Positions 1-13,627 of a stretch of 64,000 nt of DNA are shown here, piece by piece. The position numbers and the translations under genes were made by a program. This DNA is from Octopus sinensis (lineage: Eukaryota): assembly GCF_006345805.1 (NCBI RefSeq), contig NC_043014.1:37324001-37388000 (forward strand). Reading direction: 5' to 3'. How positions within the stretch are numbered: the stretch's first letter is position 1; every line of letters starts with the position of its first letter. The notes below the pieces were generated by a model. That model was not told the origin of the DNA, did no database searches, and saw only the letters and a list, made by a program, of their open reading frames with translations.

Positions 1-119
1 GTAGCTAAGGATTGTTTGCTATTTTAAGGGACAGTGTGGGAGGTTGGTTGGGGTGGGGGCAAGGAAGCGCAATGTGGAATTAAAAGGATTTTTTTGTTTC
101 TTAGCTAGTCTATCATGGT

Positions 120-1550
120 TCAGTGGTTTTTGGGACTGGTCTGAGAGATCAGAATGGTGTGACTGTGTGTCTCTGTGCACGTCTCTATGTGTGTGTATAT
201 AAACATGTGTTTGTGTGTTTGATTGGTCCCAGAGTTTATTGTGATGTGTAAATGGGTCTGTGTGTGTTTTATATTTGGTAGGATGGTGTGTGTATATGTG
301 TGCACGTTTGTGTGAGTATGTGTGTAATTAATATTGTTATGGTGTTGTGTGTGTGTATGTGTTGTTTCCATGTGTGTATGTGTGCGTCTGTGGATGTGTG
401 TGTATGTTTGTGTGTGAGTATGTGTGTACATGTGTGTGAGTGTTTGTGTGTGTCTGTCTGAATATGCTTGTCTTGTTATAATTGTCCTGGTGTTGTGTGT
501 GCGCATATGTGTATATGTGTTAGTTCGTGTGTGTGTATGTGTGCATCTGTGTGTGTGCACGTGTATGTTTATGTGTTGTGTGGTGGTGGGGATGTTATGT
601 GTGTGTACGTGAGTGTGTGTGTGTGTGTGTGCATGAGTGTGTGTGTGTGTTAGTGAGTATGTGTGTGTCTCTGTTTGAGTATGTTTGTGTTGTTTTAATT
701 GTCCTTGTGGTGTGTGTGTGTGCAACCATATGTGTGTGAGGGTGCATATGCATGTGTGCGTGTGTATGCTTGTGTGGTTTGTGTCCTTGTGGTGTGTGTG
801 TGTGAGCAACTGTATGTGTGTGTGTGAGGATGCATATGTATGTGTGTGTATGCATGGGTGTGTATGTGTGTGTAAGTGTGTTGTATTTATCAGGGGTTCT
901 GTGTGTATGCATGTGTGTTTTGTGTATGTTGGTGCTGAGTATGCATTTGTGTGTGTGTGTGCTGCATTTGTGAGTGATTTGTTTGTATTGTTAGAGCAGT
1001 ATATGTGTATACGTGTGAGTGTGTTTGTGTGAGTGTGTCTATGTGTCTTGTATTTGTCGGGGAGGTGTGTGTCATTGTGTGTGTGCATGCTTGTGTGTGT
1101 TGTGGTTGTTCAGATTGTATTGTGTGTATATGTGTGTGTTTTTTCTTTGAGTGTGTGTGTGATTTCTTTAATGGGGAATGGACATATTGTGTGTGTGGGT
1201 TGTGTTGTATTTGAATGTTTGTGTGTGTATCTGTGTGTGTGTGTGTGTGGATGTGTTTGTGTGAATGTTGTTTGTAATTGTCGGGGTGGTGTGTGTAGGT
1301 GTGTGCATGTACATGTTTACATATGTGTGTATGTGTGTGTGAGTGTTGATTATGGTTGCTAGAATCGTATTGCAAGTGTATATATGTATGTGTTTTTTCA
1401 TGGCGTGTGTGTCGGTTTGTGCTCTAGTGTGGGGATATTGTGTTTGTGCATGTGTGTATATGTATGTGTGCGTGTTTGCGTCGGAGGTTTGCATTGTTTT
1501 TGTGTGTGTGCGATTTTGTATATCTATATGTGTTTCTGTGTGTGTTCGTT
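120..1550. repeat. Degenerate (TG)n/(CA)n low-complexity array
   Basis: About 1.4 kb of interrupted TG dinucleotide repeat. All overlapping ORFs are His/Thr or Val/Cys repeat translations. Confidence 0.95.
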
Positions 1551-1559
1551 TTGGATGTT

Positions 1560-3415
1560 TACCTGGGGGTATGTTAGAGTATGTTGATAAGGACCTTAGA
1601 GAATTTCTTAAGGACTTTTATAATTTGAGCATCGTTTTTGAGAATAATCCTAAAGTGGCAAATTTCCTGGATGTCACTCTCGACCTGAATACCAGCTTGC
1701 ACTACCCCTTCCGAAAACCAAACCAAACTTTCCAATATATCAATGTTTCCTCAAATAATCCCAAATCAACCATCAATAGCATCGTAACTGAAATTTCTAT
1801 CAGAATCTCAAACCTATCGGCGAATGAAAACATCTTTAATCAACACGCTCCAATATACAACAATGCCTTGAAATTGAGTGGGTTAACAAATAACATTGAA
1901 TACATACCCAATACCAAATTAAAAATTAAATTGGCCAGCATGGTCAGTGATGATATGAAACGGATTTCGGATGGCAGAGGCTCCCCACATAGTTCCCAAG
2001 GAGCTAGCAACAAGCTAATAATGACCAATATTTGTGCTGATAAAAGAAGCTTTGGAAATAGGAGAAATGAATGCGATGTGGTTGGTCTTGTAAATGGTAA
2101 CCACGTTAATAAGGCTAATAATGAGATTTGTAAGGATGAAAATACCATGGACGATAACGGTAACGGGAGGGAAGGGGTTATAAATAATATGAATCATAAA
2201 TGTGAACTAAGGTGTAAAGTTAGGTTTAGGTCTAATGAAGGTGGTAATAGAAATAAGAATAATACTAGTAGTAATAGAGATATGAATATTAGTAATAGAT
2301 ACAGGAGTGCCCTTACATTTAGTACATCAAGCCGAGCAACATATTGTAATCCCACTATTAATACTAAGCCTAGGATTCATCAAGTTACTTGGTTTGCCCC
2401 TCCCTTTTCATTAAGGGTGAAAGGTTTACCAAAGCTATTTTTTAAGTTATTGAAGGAAAATTTCCGAAAACACCATAAGTATTATTCAATATGTAACAAG
2501 TCAACAATCAAGCTGGCCTACTCAGTCACTCCCAATGTCGGATCTATTATTGCTTCGTTGAGCAGAAGTAAAATAAGGCGCTATAATGATAGAAATGATG
2601 ACAGAAGCTTTACTGGAAAATTCATTAAAGACATAGAAGAGAGTATTAATATTAATAGTTCATCTTCTGAAATCGATTGTGAAGGGCGTGTTGGGGTGAC
2701 AAATAGTGTAAATAGTAGAGATAATCATAATAATGATGTCGGTGATGATATTAGTGATTATAATGATTATCAGGGTGGTAATGATGGTGTTAATAGTAGT
2801 GGAAATGGTAATAAAAATATTAGTAGAAATAAAAATGAAAATAAGAAGAATGGTAATAGTAGAAATAATAATAGAATAATTGTACCGGAAAATAGTACGA
2901 ACGATGGTGTAGATGATATGGTGGATCCTAGTACTGGGAGTGCCACGGTTTCAGACTTATCAATAATACGAGACCCTGTAGCAGGTTGAAGAAATCTAAT
3001 TTTAGGGACCCAATTGAATGTCCGATTAGCGGAAATTGTCGCCAGGAAAATGTGGTCTATAAATGTAGTGTTGAGGCTCAAGGAGGCCAGAGAAAAATAT
3101 ATATCGGAAGCACAGTAGACTTTAAGCAGAGGTATCGATCCCACCTGAGCTCCTTCAACAATCCTAAATATAGGACCTCTACAACACTGGCATTACATAT
3201 TAACGACCTCAAGGAAAGGAATGTTGAATTTAAATATCATGGGCTATCCTTGCGCATGCCTCCCCTTATAGAATTGGGTCCACTAGATGCAGTTTATGCA
3301 TAAGGGAGGCATACACTATATTGAAAAATTAGAACAACGCAGTATTAAATAAGTTCACTGATGCAATACCGGCGTGTATGCATAAGATCCACTCAACGTT
3401 CTATAGGAAATTTAG
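1560..3415 (+). mobile_element. 5'-truncated Penelope-like element (RT C-terminus, Asn-rich linkers, GIY-YIG endonuclease), frameshifted
   Basis: Motifs NFLDVTLDL..YPFRKPN..YINVSSNNP, VTWFAPPFS..KLAYSVTPNV, and CPISGNCRQENVVYKC..KIYIGSTVDFKQRYRSH are typical PLE RT-thumb and GIY-YIG motifs. Frame breaks near 2985 and 3235. Confidence 0.9.
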
Positions 3416-3659
3416 AAATAGGAAAAGCAATAAAAGTTTGAGCTAAGCAATAACAAATGAATTAAGTTTAGTAAATATAGTGAGTGGTAAACGAGATTTA
3501 ACTAAAGTAATGTAAGTATTAAAAAATAGCTAGGAAATTTAGAAGTAGAAATAGCAATAAAAGTTAGAGCTTACCAATAACAAGTGAATTAAGTTTAGTA
3601 AGTATAGTGAGTGGAAAACGAGATAAAACTACAGTAATGTGATTATATGAAAAATAGCT
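3404..3659. repeat. Two-copy tandem repeat, about 127 bp period, 3' of the PLE
   Basis: TAGGAAATTTAGAA..GCAATAAAAGTT..GAATTAAGTTTAGTAA..ATAGTGAGTGG starts at both 3404 and 3531. Confidence 0.85.
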
Positions 3660-4702
3660 GTTAGTCGAGGATTCGAACCTGAGTATGTGGCTTTGGATGT
3701 ATGGGAGAATTTATGATGGACTTCTGTATATCTTATATTTTTGTAAGCTTGTATGTGTATTATATTTTGTGTACTATTCGCTGGAATTTTACTCGTGTCT
3801 TGATATGCTATATTTTTATATTATCACTATATTATTCCTCTTATTCTAACAGTTTTAAGCGTGTTATATGCAAAATTTATATTTATATTTATTTGTATAT
3901 TTATATTTGTATTTATATTTGTATTTGTATATGATACTTATATATTAATGAATTTTTAAATTTCTAATATGTCGGACTGTATAGATATAACTAGTATATA
4001 AGATTTGTATGTGTTTGGTCTATCTTTGAATTTGTGGTGTTCCTGTGGGTGTTGCTCCTATTACCTCCCCTTGGATAAAAAAGTGTATATATATATATAT
4101 AATATATATATTATATATATATTATATATATATATATACAGATATAAACGCACACACACATATATACTCACATATATATGAATATGTAGATACTTATACA
4201 AAAACATATTTGTTAATTCTGTTAATTGACAAGGTAGAAAGTGGGTGGGAAAGCTGAGAGATGGAGCAAAGACAAAAGTAGAAGTAAGGAACTAATCAAT
4301 GTATCATAATCTTTTTCTTAATATGTTTCCTACACATATGACATTTATCAAGTACTTCACCACATTTTTTACAAGTGGTATGGCCACAATCAAAGACCAT
4401 ATCCCAACGATGCTCCATACATATTGTGCATATCATTTCATCACTGAGTTGTTTGTTTTTGAACACCTGAGGTGGATTTACTGTTTTAAATTCAGACCCA
4501 TCTGAAATGATAAATATACAAATTTTACATTATGATATTAATCAGGGGCACATCAAAAGCAATAAATATTCAATTATAACACACTATAATATTAATCTGT
4601 AACCCATCTGAATTGATAAATAAACAATTTTATGCCAGAATATTTAGTTAAAAAATTAAGAAAATGTGTAATTTGAGAGAAAATTGCAGTTAAGAAATCC
4701 TC

Positions 4703-6885
4703 ATCATTATCATCACCATTTAACGTCCACTTTCCATGCTGGCATGGGTTGGACGGTTTGACATGGAGCTGGCTAGCAGGGAGCTGTCCGGATTCCAACT
4801 CTGTTGTGGCATGGTTTCTATGGCTGGAATCCCTTCCTCATACCAAACACTTAAAAGAGTGTGCTGGGTGCTTTTTACGTGCCACCAGCATGGGTGCAAT
4901 TACACAGCACTGGCACAGGGGCATTAACACTGCACCAGGCACAGGTGCTTTTAAGTGACACTGGTAACTAAAACGACAAGCCTGTATGTGTGGGAGATAG
5001 CAATTTTACTTAGCTTGACATATCTCATCAAGTACAGCAAATCACCACATCCCCCAGTCCCTTGTCATTTTCTCAGTGAGGTCCAACATCTTAACATCCT
5101 TTCTCAACACTTTGTCCCACGTCTTCCTGGGTCCACTCCTTCCACAATTAGAGCTTGGCACTTCTTTATGCAGCTATCCTCCTCCATATGCATCACATGA
5201 CCAAACCAGCACAGTCTTCTCTCTTGCACACAACATCTGATTCCTCTTAGACCCAATTTTCCTCTTAAATCATTTACACTCTGTCATATTATCTTTCCAG
5301 CAGAACATGCTAGCTTCATTTCTTTCAAACCTTTGCAAGTCCCCTGTAGTCAAATCCCATGTAATACTGTATGTACACAGGCAATATGTCTTTCACTCTG
5401 AGAGAACAGTCTTTAGTTAACAACAAAGGTAGAAGCTCTCTGAACTTTGCCCAGCCCATTCTTATCTTAGCAACTACTCTTTCAGAACTTCCTCCACCTC
5501 TTCTAACTTGGTCTCCTAGGTTACAGAAGCTATCTACTACTTCTAAGGATCCCACCAATCATTTGAGAAAGTCTATTGTCTACACATTTTTTGTGCTTAT
5601 TGTACCTGCACATTTGCCACACACAAAAACTATAATCTCCATTAATCTTCCTGTGATACTGCTACAACTTTTATGTGTCCAAAGCTTGCACTGGGTACAA
5701 TGTATGGAGTTTCAATCAACACCCATCTTATATATTGGCAGGGCCATCTTCCAAAAGGGATTTGTGATTTGTCTGTTTACTTACTTAGTAGGACATTGAT
5801 TTTTGCTAAATTAACCCTAAGGCCCTTAGATTCCATATCTTGTTTTCACATCTGAAATTTCTTCTCTAGGTCAGGTAGTGATTCAGCTACAAGAACAAGG
5901 TCATCAGTATAGAGGAGCTCCCAGATAAATAGGATGGGGCTGAGGACTGAGCATTGGTGAACTCCTACTTGTGCTCTAAATTCATCCCTGTACATGGCTT
6001 GTACCACTCTTACTAACCACTCATCTATTCCTAGCTTCTGCATTGACCACCAGATAAGGGAGCAGGGGACTCTGTCAAAGGCTTTCTCCATACTGACAAA
6101 AGCCAGATACAGAGGTTTATTTTTGGCAAAGTACTTCTCCTGCAGTTGCCTAACCAGGAATACAGCATCAGTCATGCTCCTGCCTGACACAAATCCAAAC
6201 TGCATCTCATCTACACTTTCTTCCTAATTAATTGAGCTATGACCCTTTCTGTGTCTTTCATCACCTGGTCCAGCAATTTGATATGTCTGTAATTATTACT
6301 GTCTAAGGCATCACTTTTGCCTTTAAATAACATGACTCCTTCATGGGCCATTAACTATACAGATAACTTGGCTATATCCTACTCTGGCAGATGGTGATAC
6401 CTGATGGGCCAGGTGCTTTACTTGTTTTCATATCTTTAATTGCTTTATCTACCAAGCTACTGTCTATTTCGATAACTGAACACCTCAGTTGGGTCTACAG
6501 TTAGCAAACTCTCCTCCTATTCATTTTCTCCATTTAGCAGCCTTTCATAATGGCATTTCCAAGCCTCTTTCTTCGCAGAATCATTAAATTGCAAGTGAAC
6601 CATTATCCATGCAGACACATTTCTCTCCTATGACATCATGATTTTCTCTCACACACAGTCTTGCAATTCAAAACATTTCAAGTCTCTTCTCCTCATGTCA
6701 CAGATCATTAGCAAACTTTTTCTTTTCTGCTTCTCCCCTGGCTAAATATACTTGTCTCCTAGCTTCCCTTCTAGCTATCAGATACAGTTCCCTGCTACCA
6801 CCACATTTCCAGTCCTTCCAGGTCTGTTTCTTTTCTCTAATGGCCCTGATAACTACACTGTTCCACCACCATGTTGCCTTCTATA
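4703..6885 (-). mobile_element. Old, degenerate RTE-clade LINE fragment
   Basis: Broken frames MQFGFVSGRSMTDAVFLVRQLQEKY..LYTDDLVLVAE and EVVDSFCNLGDQV..RMGWAKFRELLPLL. The (CAT)n-type 3' tail is at about 4703. Confidence 0.9.
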
Positions 6886-7093
6886 GTAAAGTTAGATATA
6901 TCAATGTATTAGTATTTTAAGACATTTTTCATAATTAGATTGGTGTTACAAAAGGCACAAACCATGCCAAATCAGATTGGAACCTTATTATAACCTTATA
7001 TATAACCTTATTAGTTTTTTGATTACGTCAAATTATATCCATAATACTTGAGATGTAAACTATGGACTAACATCCAAGATGTTTATATATATA

Positions 7094-8030
7094 TGAGGCC
7101 ATTAAGAATGAAATGTTTGATTTCGAACTGAAAGTTTATTTTACTTTATCTCAACAAAAAGCAATGCAGCTAATCAAAGTATGCACGTAAATTATTAACA
7201 CAATTTTGCCATTTTATCGGCAGCTTATTTATGCTGGCAGTGAAGAATTCTGGAGAGCAAGAGGTGATGAAACATGAAAGGCTGTTTTTGCGTCTTCTTC
7301 AGATTAAAAAATTTTTCTTTACAAGAAGTTGTCTAATGCCTGGAAAACATAATAGTCAGTTGGTGCAAGGTCTGGTAAATATCACATGTAACAATACATT
7401 ACAAAAATGGTTCACTTTTATGTCATGACAGCAAAGAGCATCAAGTTTCAAGACAATGTATAATTCGATGCTCTTTCAGTTTGTGTGGTACTCACTTGTC
7501 CAGTTCCTTTGCCTTGCTGATTTGTTTCAGATGGCCCAATACAGTTGGAATCAAAAAATCAAATCTTGCTTCTAACTCAGGCATAGTTTGAGATGTATCC
7601 ACTTGTACTACAGTTTCCAGCTCATCATTATCCACCTTGGTCTCAGGTCTACCAAGGGGCTGATTTTCAAGAGTAAATTCACCAGACTGGAACATTTCAA
7701 ACCATCGATGTACAGTGCGCTCATTCACCACATCTTCACCAAATACCTCATTGATGTTTCAAGCTGCCTGGAATGTATTGGTTCCATTTGGATGCATTGG
7801 AACTCATAAACAACATGAACTTTTGATCTATCCATGGGTTCACAAAAATTGATTTACAAGAGAAAACTCACAATATAATCAGACACCATTTCAGAAAGTG
7901 ATGATGCAACTCTTTTCAAGTTACATCATCAATGTTATAAAACAAAGTATTGTTAGGATAAAACATTAGAGTTAATGACTGTTAAACTCAGTGCATAAGA
8001 GAATCAGACATTTCATTCTTAATGACCTGA
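7094..8030 (-). mobile_element. Internally deleted mariner (D,D34D-type) transposon
   Basis: About 29-bp TIRs TGAGGCCATTAAGAATGAAATGTTTGATT / AATCAGACATTTCATTCTTAATGACCTGA, with TA on both sides. Transposase remnant VNERTVHRWFEMFQSGEFTLENQPLGRPETKVDNDEL. Confidence 0.9.
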
Positions 8031-8046
8031 TAGTATGTTTGTAAGT

Positions 8047-8430
8047 GGAGGCACAATGGCCCAGTGGTTAGGGCCATGGACTCGCAGTCTTAGGATCGCA
8101 GTTTCGATTCCCAAACCAGGTATTGTGAGTGTTTATTGAGCAAAAACACCTAAAGCTACACAAGGCTCCAGTAGGGGGTGGTGGTGAACCCTGCTGTACT
8201 CTTTCACCACAACATTCTCTCACTCTTTCTTCTTGTTTCTGTTGTACCTGTATTTCAAAGGGCCAGCCTTGTCACATTCTGTGTCACGCTAAATCTCCCC
8301 AAGAACTACGTTAAGGGTGCACATGTCTGTGGAGTGCTCAGCCACTTGCACGTTAATTTCACGAGCAGGCTGTTCTGTGGATTGGATCAACTGGAACACT
8401 CGTCGTCATAACCGATGGAGAGCCAACCAT
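8047..8430 (+). mobile_element. tRNA-derived SINE
   Basis: Head GGAGGCACAATGGCCCAGTGGTTAGGG (A box) and GTTTCGATTCCC (B box). Homologous to the minus-strand copy at 22170-22603. Confidence 0.8.
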
Positions 8431-9270
8431 GTTTGTAAACATTAAATGGTTACATTCACTTAATAAATAATTAATTTTAATGGATACTATATCAGTTTTG
8501 ATAATTAGTATACCAGTTCAATCAACTGCATTGAATTATAGTATTAAGCAGCTGCATATTGCCAAAGCACTAGTATCCTTAATGTAATCCTTAGGGAGAC
8601 TCAGTATGATAATATATGTAAGTGCATGAGTCTTCCAGAGTCACTTGCATCATTAATAAAATCTTCAGGCAGAATTAGTGTGGTGCAGTGTAATATGTAT
8701 CAAAGCTAGTTCTCTGAATTACAGTCCTTCTGATGGACTTCTATCCAATTTTCTGTCGACAAAATTCTTTTCACAAGGATTGAGTTAATCCAAGGCTCTG
8801 ACAGAAGATATCTGTCCAAGGAACTGCACAGTGGGACTGGATTTGGGACCTCATGATTGGGAAGTAAACTTCATAACCATTTAGCCATGTCAGCACTTAC
8901 ACACACACAACATTGATAACAACAGCAGCAGCAATTTAGGTTTCATTAGAAGGTTGGGGAAGGAACAAGGTTTCTGAACGTTGTGATTGCTGACTTTTCA
9001 AATATAAATGATGTGGTTCAACTCCAGGTCAATGGATAAGGTTTGAATACTCAACAGTTTTGAACATATAGTTGTTTAGGGACAATGGCAATAGATTTTT
9101 AAATTCTTCCTTCTTTACAAATTTGGTTTTAATATCTAATTTTTGACTTCACCAACACTATTTCAAATGTATCTATAGTAGAAGATACATACAGCGGCAC
9201 ATTGGGCAAATGACTTCTACTATAGCCTTGTGAGTGAATTTGGTAGACAGAAACTTGAAAGAAGCCCATC

Positions 9271-9314
<44 letters not shown>

Positions 9315-9317
<3 letters not shown>

Positions 9318-11131
9318 GATCCCTCATCTGGTGGTCAATGAGGAAACTAGGGATAGATGAATGGCTGGTGAGGGCTGTGCAAGCCATGTACAGAGATGCC
9401 GTAAGTAAGGTTAGAGTTGGCAGCATGTACACAGAAGAATTCAAGGTAGAGGTTGGGGTCCACCAGGGTTCAGTACTCAGCCCCCTCCTATTTATCATAG
9501 TCCTCCAGGCAATTGTGGAGGAATTCAAGACAGGTTGCCCCTGGGAGCTCCTCTATGCTGACGACCTCGCTCTAATCGCTGAGTCACTATCAGAACTGGA
9601 GGAGAAGTTCCAGGTGTGGAAGGAGGGTTTAGAATCGAGGGGCCTTAGAGTCAACCTAGCTAAAACCAAAGTACTAATAAGTAGAAAGTTAGAAAATCCA
9701 CAAATATCCTCAGGAAGATGGCCCTGCTCGATCTGTAGAAAAGGTGTAGGTAGAAACTCTATAAGATGTACCCAGTGTAAGCTATGGACACATAAGAGGT
9801 GCAGCAATGTCAAAGGTAGGCTAACTGGGAAGATAGTTTTTGTATGTGGCAGATGCTCTGGAGCATTGACCTCCGAAAATCTGCAGAAAACAACTTCCGT
9901 CACTTTCCGGGGGGAAAAACTAGAAGTAGTTGATAGCTTCCGCTATCTAGGTGACCAAGTCAGTAGTGGGGGCGGGTGCGCTGAAAGTGTAACTGCTAGA
10001 ATAAGAATAGCCTGGGCAAAGTTTAGGGAGCTCTTACCTCTGCTGGTGACTAAAGGCCTCTCGCTCAGAGTAAAAGGCAGACTGTATGATGCATGTGTAC
10101 GAACAGCTATGCTACATGGCAGTGAAACATGGGCCGTGACTGCTGAGGACATGCGTAAGCTTGTGAGGAACGAAGCCAGTATGCTCCGATGGATGTGTAA
10201 TGTCAGTGTACTTACTCGACAGAGCGTTAGTACCTTGAGAGAAATGTTGTACCTAAGAAGCATCAGTTGTTGTGTGCAAGAGAGACGATTGCGCTGGTAT
10301 GGTCATGTGGCGAGAATGGATGAAGATAGGTGTGTGAGAAAGTGCCAATCCCTAGCAGTTGAGGGAACCCGTGGAAGAGGTAGACCCAGGAAAACCTGGG
10401 ACGAAGTGGTGAAGCACGACCTTCGGACGTTAGGTCTCACCATGGAAATGACTAGAGACCGAGACCTATGGAAGTATGCTGTGCGTGAGAAGACCCGGCA
10501 AGACTAGTGAAGCCATAATCCGTGGCCCCTACCTGGGACGTAGTCAGTCCACCTGTGCATACCTTCCTTCTTGTGACACTTGTGAAGACCTGTTGAGGCA
10601 AGTGAGAATCGAATCGAATCAAATCAAATCAAATCGAACCAAATCAAAATAGATGAACATCAATGGAATTTGTATCCTTGTGGTACCAGTGCCGGTGGCA
10701 CATAAGAAAACCATCCGAACGTGATCGTAGCCAGTACCGCAACGACTGGCCTCCGTGCTGAGGGCACGTAACAAACACCATCCAAGCGTGGCCGTCCGCC
10801 AGCCCCGTCTGGCACCTGTGTCGGTGACACATAAGAAAACACCATCCGAGCGTGGCCGTCAGCCAGCCTCGTCTGGCACCTGTGTCGGTGGCACATAAAA
10901 ACACCATCCGAGCGTGGCCGTCTGCCAGCCTCGTCTGGCACCTGTGTCGGTGGCACATAAAATCACCCACTACACTCTCGGAGTGGTTGGCGTTAGGAAG
11001 GGCATCCAGCTGTAGAAACACTGCCAGATCTGACTGGCCTGGTGCAGCCTTCGGGCTTGCCAGACCCCAGTTGAACCGTCCAACCCATGCTAGCATGGAA
11101 AGCGGACGTTAAACGATGATGATGATGATGA
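9315..11131 (+). mobile_element. Young 5'-truncated RTE-clade LINE (RT C-terminal half open, 3' UTR minisatellite, (GAT)n tail)
   Basis: ORF 9230-10507 contains GVHQGSVLSPLLF, LLYADDLAL, YLG, RLRWYGHV and RGRPRKTW. The 3' UTR ends in CCATGCTAGCATGGAAAGCGGACGTTAAAC(GAT)n. (TA)n flanks both ends. Confidence 0.95.
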
Positions 11132-11143
11132 TATATATATATA

Positions 11144-12179
11144 CTAGCATTAAAGACCCATCGTTGCCGGGTCATAGTGCTAGTGCATGTATATATGTGT
11201 ATATATATGTGTACATATTACATGTACATCTATATATATACATCTACACATAAAATACAAAATACAAAGTTATATCTTGATATCGCTAGTGATAACAATA
11301 CTCAAAATATATAACAGACTGGAATTGTTAGCCCGTCACTTGTAATTTCGATCAATTGTATCTTGTCCTCCCTCTTGTATAGAAGTGTGGCTACAATCCA
11401 GCCTACCTCTACTTCTGGGGGGACATTTTTAATTTTTATCCGGGACATCCTATGTCCCAGATATAAAGGTAAAAATAAAATATTTCCACTTTACAAGTAC
11501 GAGTCGAGTACTCCCTTGCACGCTCTGTTGACTCGAACCTTGCTTCTATTGTGGCGAATTTACCGCCTCTGATTAGATACCTTTCATAGTCGCACCAAGA
11601 CACTTTTCGAAGGTGCTTTCCTCCATGTATTCAAATCTTTTTTCTCTACATTGTATACTTTATAGACAATAGTCTTTTCTTTAATTTAATTTTTTATTAT
11701 TCATCTGGACTATTCCATTTCTGCACGCTAATTTTATTTTTAATTTATTCTCATTCATGTGAAACCACTTATTCAAGTTCAAATCACTGATGCAAATTTA
11801 TACCAATTGCTATTTTTACTTTTGTTATGTTACGATTATATTATACGTTAGTTTGATTTTACTTATTACTTACTACATATAATTCAATTATTATTATTAT
11901 TTTTATTGTTTAAGTGAAAGCATCTGACATAAAATAGAGAAATGTTTTTGTTTCACTTTTAACACGTAATACTGAAATAGTGGAGAAGATATGATATTGC
12001 TATGGGCTCGCTCTAGGCAAGAACTTGAACATTTGTTTTGCCCATGAAAGTACATGGACCCTAAGTAAGGCATGTGTAAAATTTGAATGGAATTGTTTGT
12101 GTAGTTCTCAAGTTTTAGGGAAACACACAGACAGACAGAGAGACAGACAGACACATTCTCAGTTTTATATATATAAAGA
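11144..12179 (-). mobile_element. Non-autonomous Helitron (Lep1-like), uninterrupted copy
   Basis: On the minus strand: A|TCTTTATATATATAAAACTGAGAATGTG(TCTG)n 5' end, and a 3' hairpin GACCCGGCAACGATGGGTC followed by CTAG|T. Inserted between A and T. Paralogs at 53543-55860 and 57873-58373. Confidence 0.85.
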
Positions 12180-12854
12180 TAGATATATATGTGTGGGTGT
12201 GTGTGAGTTCTTTGTGTCTGTGTTTGTCCCCTTCCACTGCTTGACGACCAGTTTGGGTTTGTTTACAACCCTGTAACTTAGTGATTCAGCAAAAAAGGCT
12301 GATAGAATAAGTATTAGGTTTAACCCTTTGGGATTTACATGATTCTGTCAAATGTAATGCTTTTCATTCACATTGCTTTGAATAAAGCTGCTTTATTTTG
12401 TAGCTTAGAGATTTTGATAATGTGATTGTATATTTTTAGAATGATATTGTAGGGTAAGTGTGAGAGGCAGGATCTAGCCAGTTTGAACATAAAACATGTA
12501 GAATATTTGGGCCTGATATATCCAATTTAAATGCTAAAACATAAAAAAAAAGTACTGGGGTTGTTACATTTGACTAAAATTCTTCAAGGTGGTGCCCTAG
12601 CATGGCCACAGTCTAATGACAGAAACAAGTAAAAGATAAAAGATAAAATTTTTGATTTTACCAACACTATTTCAAATGTACCTTTGTGCAGGCATTGGGA
12701 AATTATGTTTTTTGTTTCTATGTTATATAAAACCTTGTCTTACAGTTCATTAACACTTTTGATAATAATCTGCATGTGACTGCTTCTGGTTCAATAACTG
12801 CCAACTTTCAGATTTTAAGTAGTCTAAATTAAAGCTTTCTTCCATCAAAATTTC

Positions 12855-13120
12855 ATCTTATCATCATTTTCATTTAGTGTCCGCTTTCCATGCTAGCATG
12901 GGTTGGACGGTTCAACTGGGTTCTGGGAGGCCAGAAGGCTGCACCAGGCCCAGTCTGATCTGGCAATGTTTCTACAGCTGGATGCCCTTCCTAACACCAA
13001 CCACTCCGTGAGTGTAGTGGATGCTTTTTACGTGCCACCGGCACAGGTGCCAGATGGTGCTGGCAAACAGCCACGGTCGGATGGTGCTTTTTACGTGCCA
13101 CCGGCACGGGGGCCAGGCGA
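12855..13120 (-). mobile_element. RTE-tail-only fragment or SINE
   Basis: Reverse complement of the RTE 3' UTR/tail (CCATGCTAGCATGGGTTGGACGG..GCTGGATGCCCTTCCTAAC). Confidence 0.8.
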
Positions 13121-13627
13121 GGCTACTATAATTAATAACACTTACTACTACAGGAACAAGGCCTGAGATTTTGAGGGACAGGGCTAGTTGCTGAAGTGGT
13201 AAATATTTTATCAATCCTGAAAGGACGAAAGACAAAATTGACCTCAATGGAATTTGAACTCAGAACATAAAGACAGAAGAAATGCTACTAAGCATTTTGT
13301 CCAGTGTGCTAAAGATTTTGCCAGCTTGCTGCCTTAAACATCAGCTTAATAATGACAAAGTGATTTTACTAAATACTTCATTACTTTCAAAATTTACTGA
13401 AACAGAGGCAGTGCATTTCAACAGAAGTGTTGTAACAAAACGATTAAAAATAACATACATTTTACATGTGAAATTCTGATAAGAACGTAATCAAGTAAGT
13501 TTATTACTCTTCCTGTTAGCAAAATCCAGAGAAATGATTGGATATAAAATATCCCATTTTGAATCAAAACAAACACATCAATCAACATCATCTAATGAGA
13601 CAGATAAACCTTCAAATATCTACTTAC

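Noticed and set aside
120-1494. Long His/Thr-rich and Val/Cys-rich ORFs (up to 322 aa)
   Set aside because: They are translations of (CA)n/(TG)n repeats that are open in several frames at once; there is no domain or splice support.
3660-3700. GGTTCGAATCC B-box on the minus strand suggesting a tRNA
   Set aside because: No cloverleaf or A box is recoverable; probably a SINE relic. No genuine tRNA or rRNA gene was seen in the window.
10690-10960. Regularly spaced repeats resembling a CRISPR array (also 46560-46960, 61520-61760, 63760-64000)
   Set aside because: They are tandem minisatellite units in RTE 3' UTRs, with no unique spacers and no cas genes, in a eukaryotic context.
13420-13512. Possible terminal exon after the RING (acceptor at 13513-14; GRVINLLDYVLIRISHVK...)
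   Set aside because: The phase fits and the acceptor is plausible, but there is no recognisable motif and the end is ambiguous; needs transcripts.
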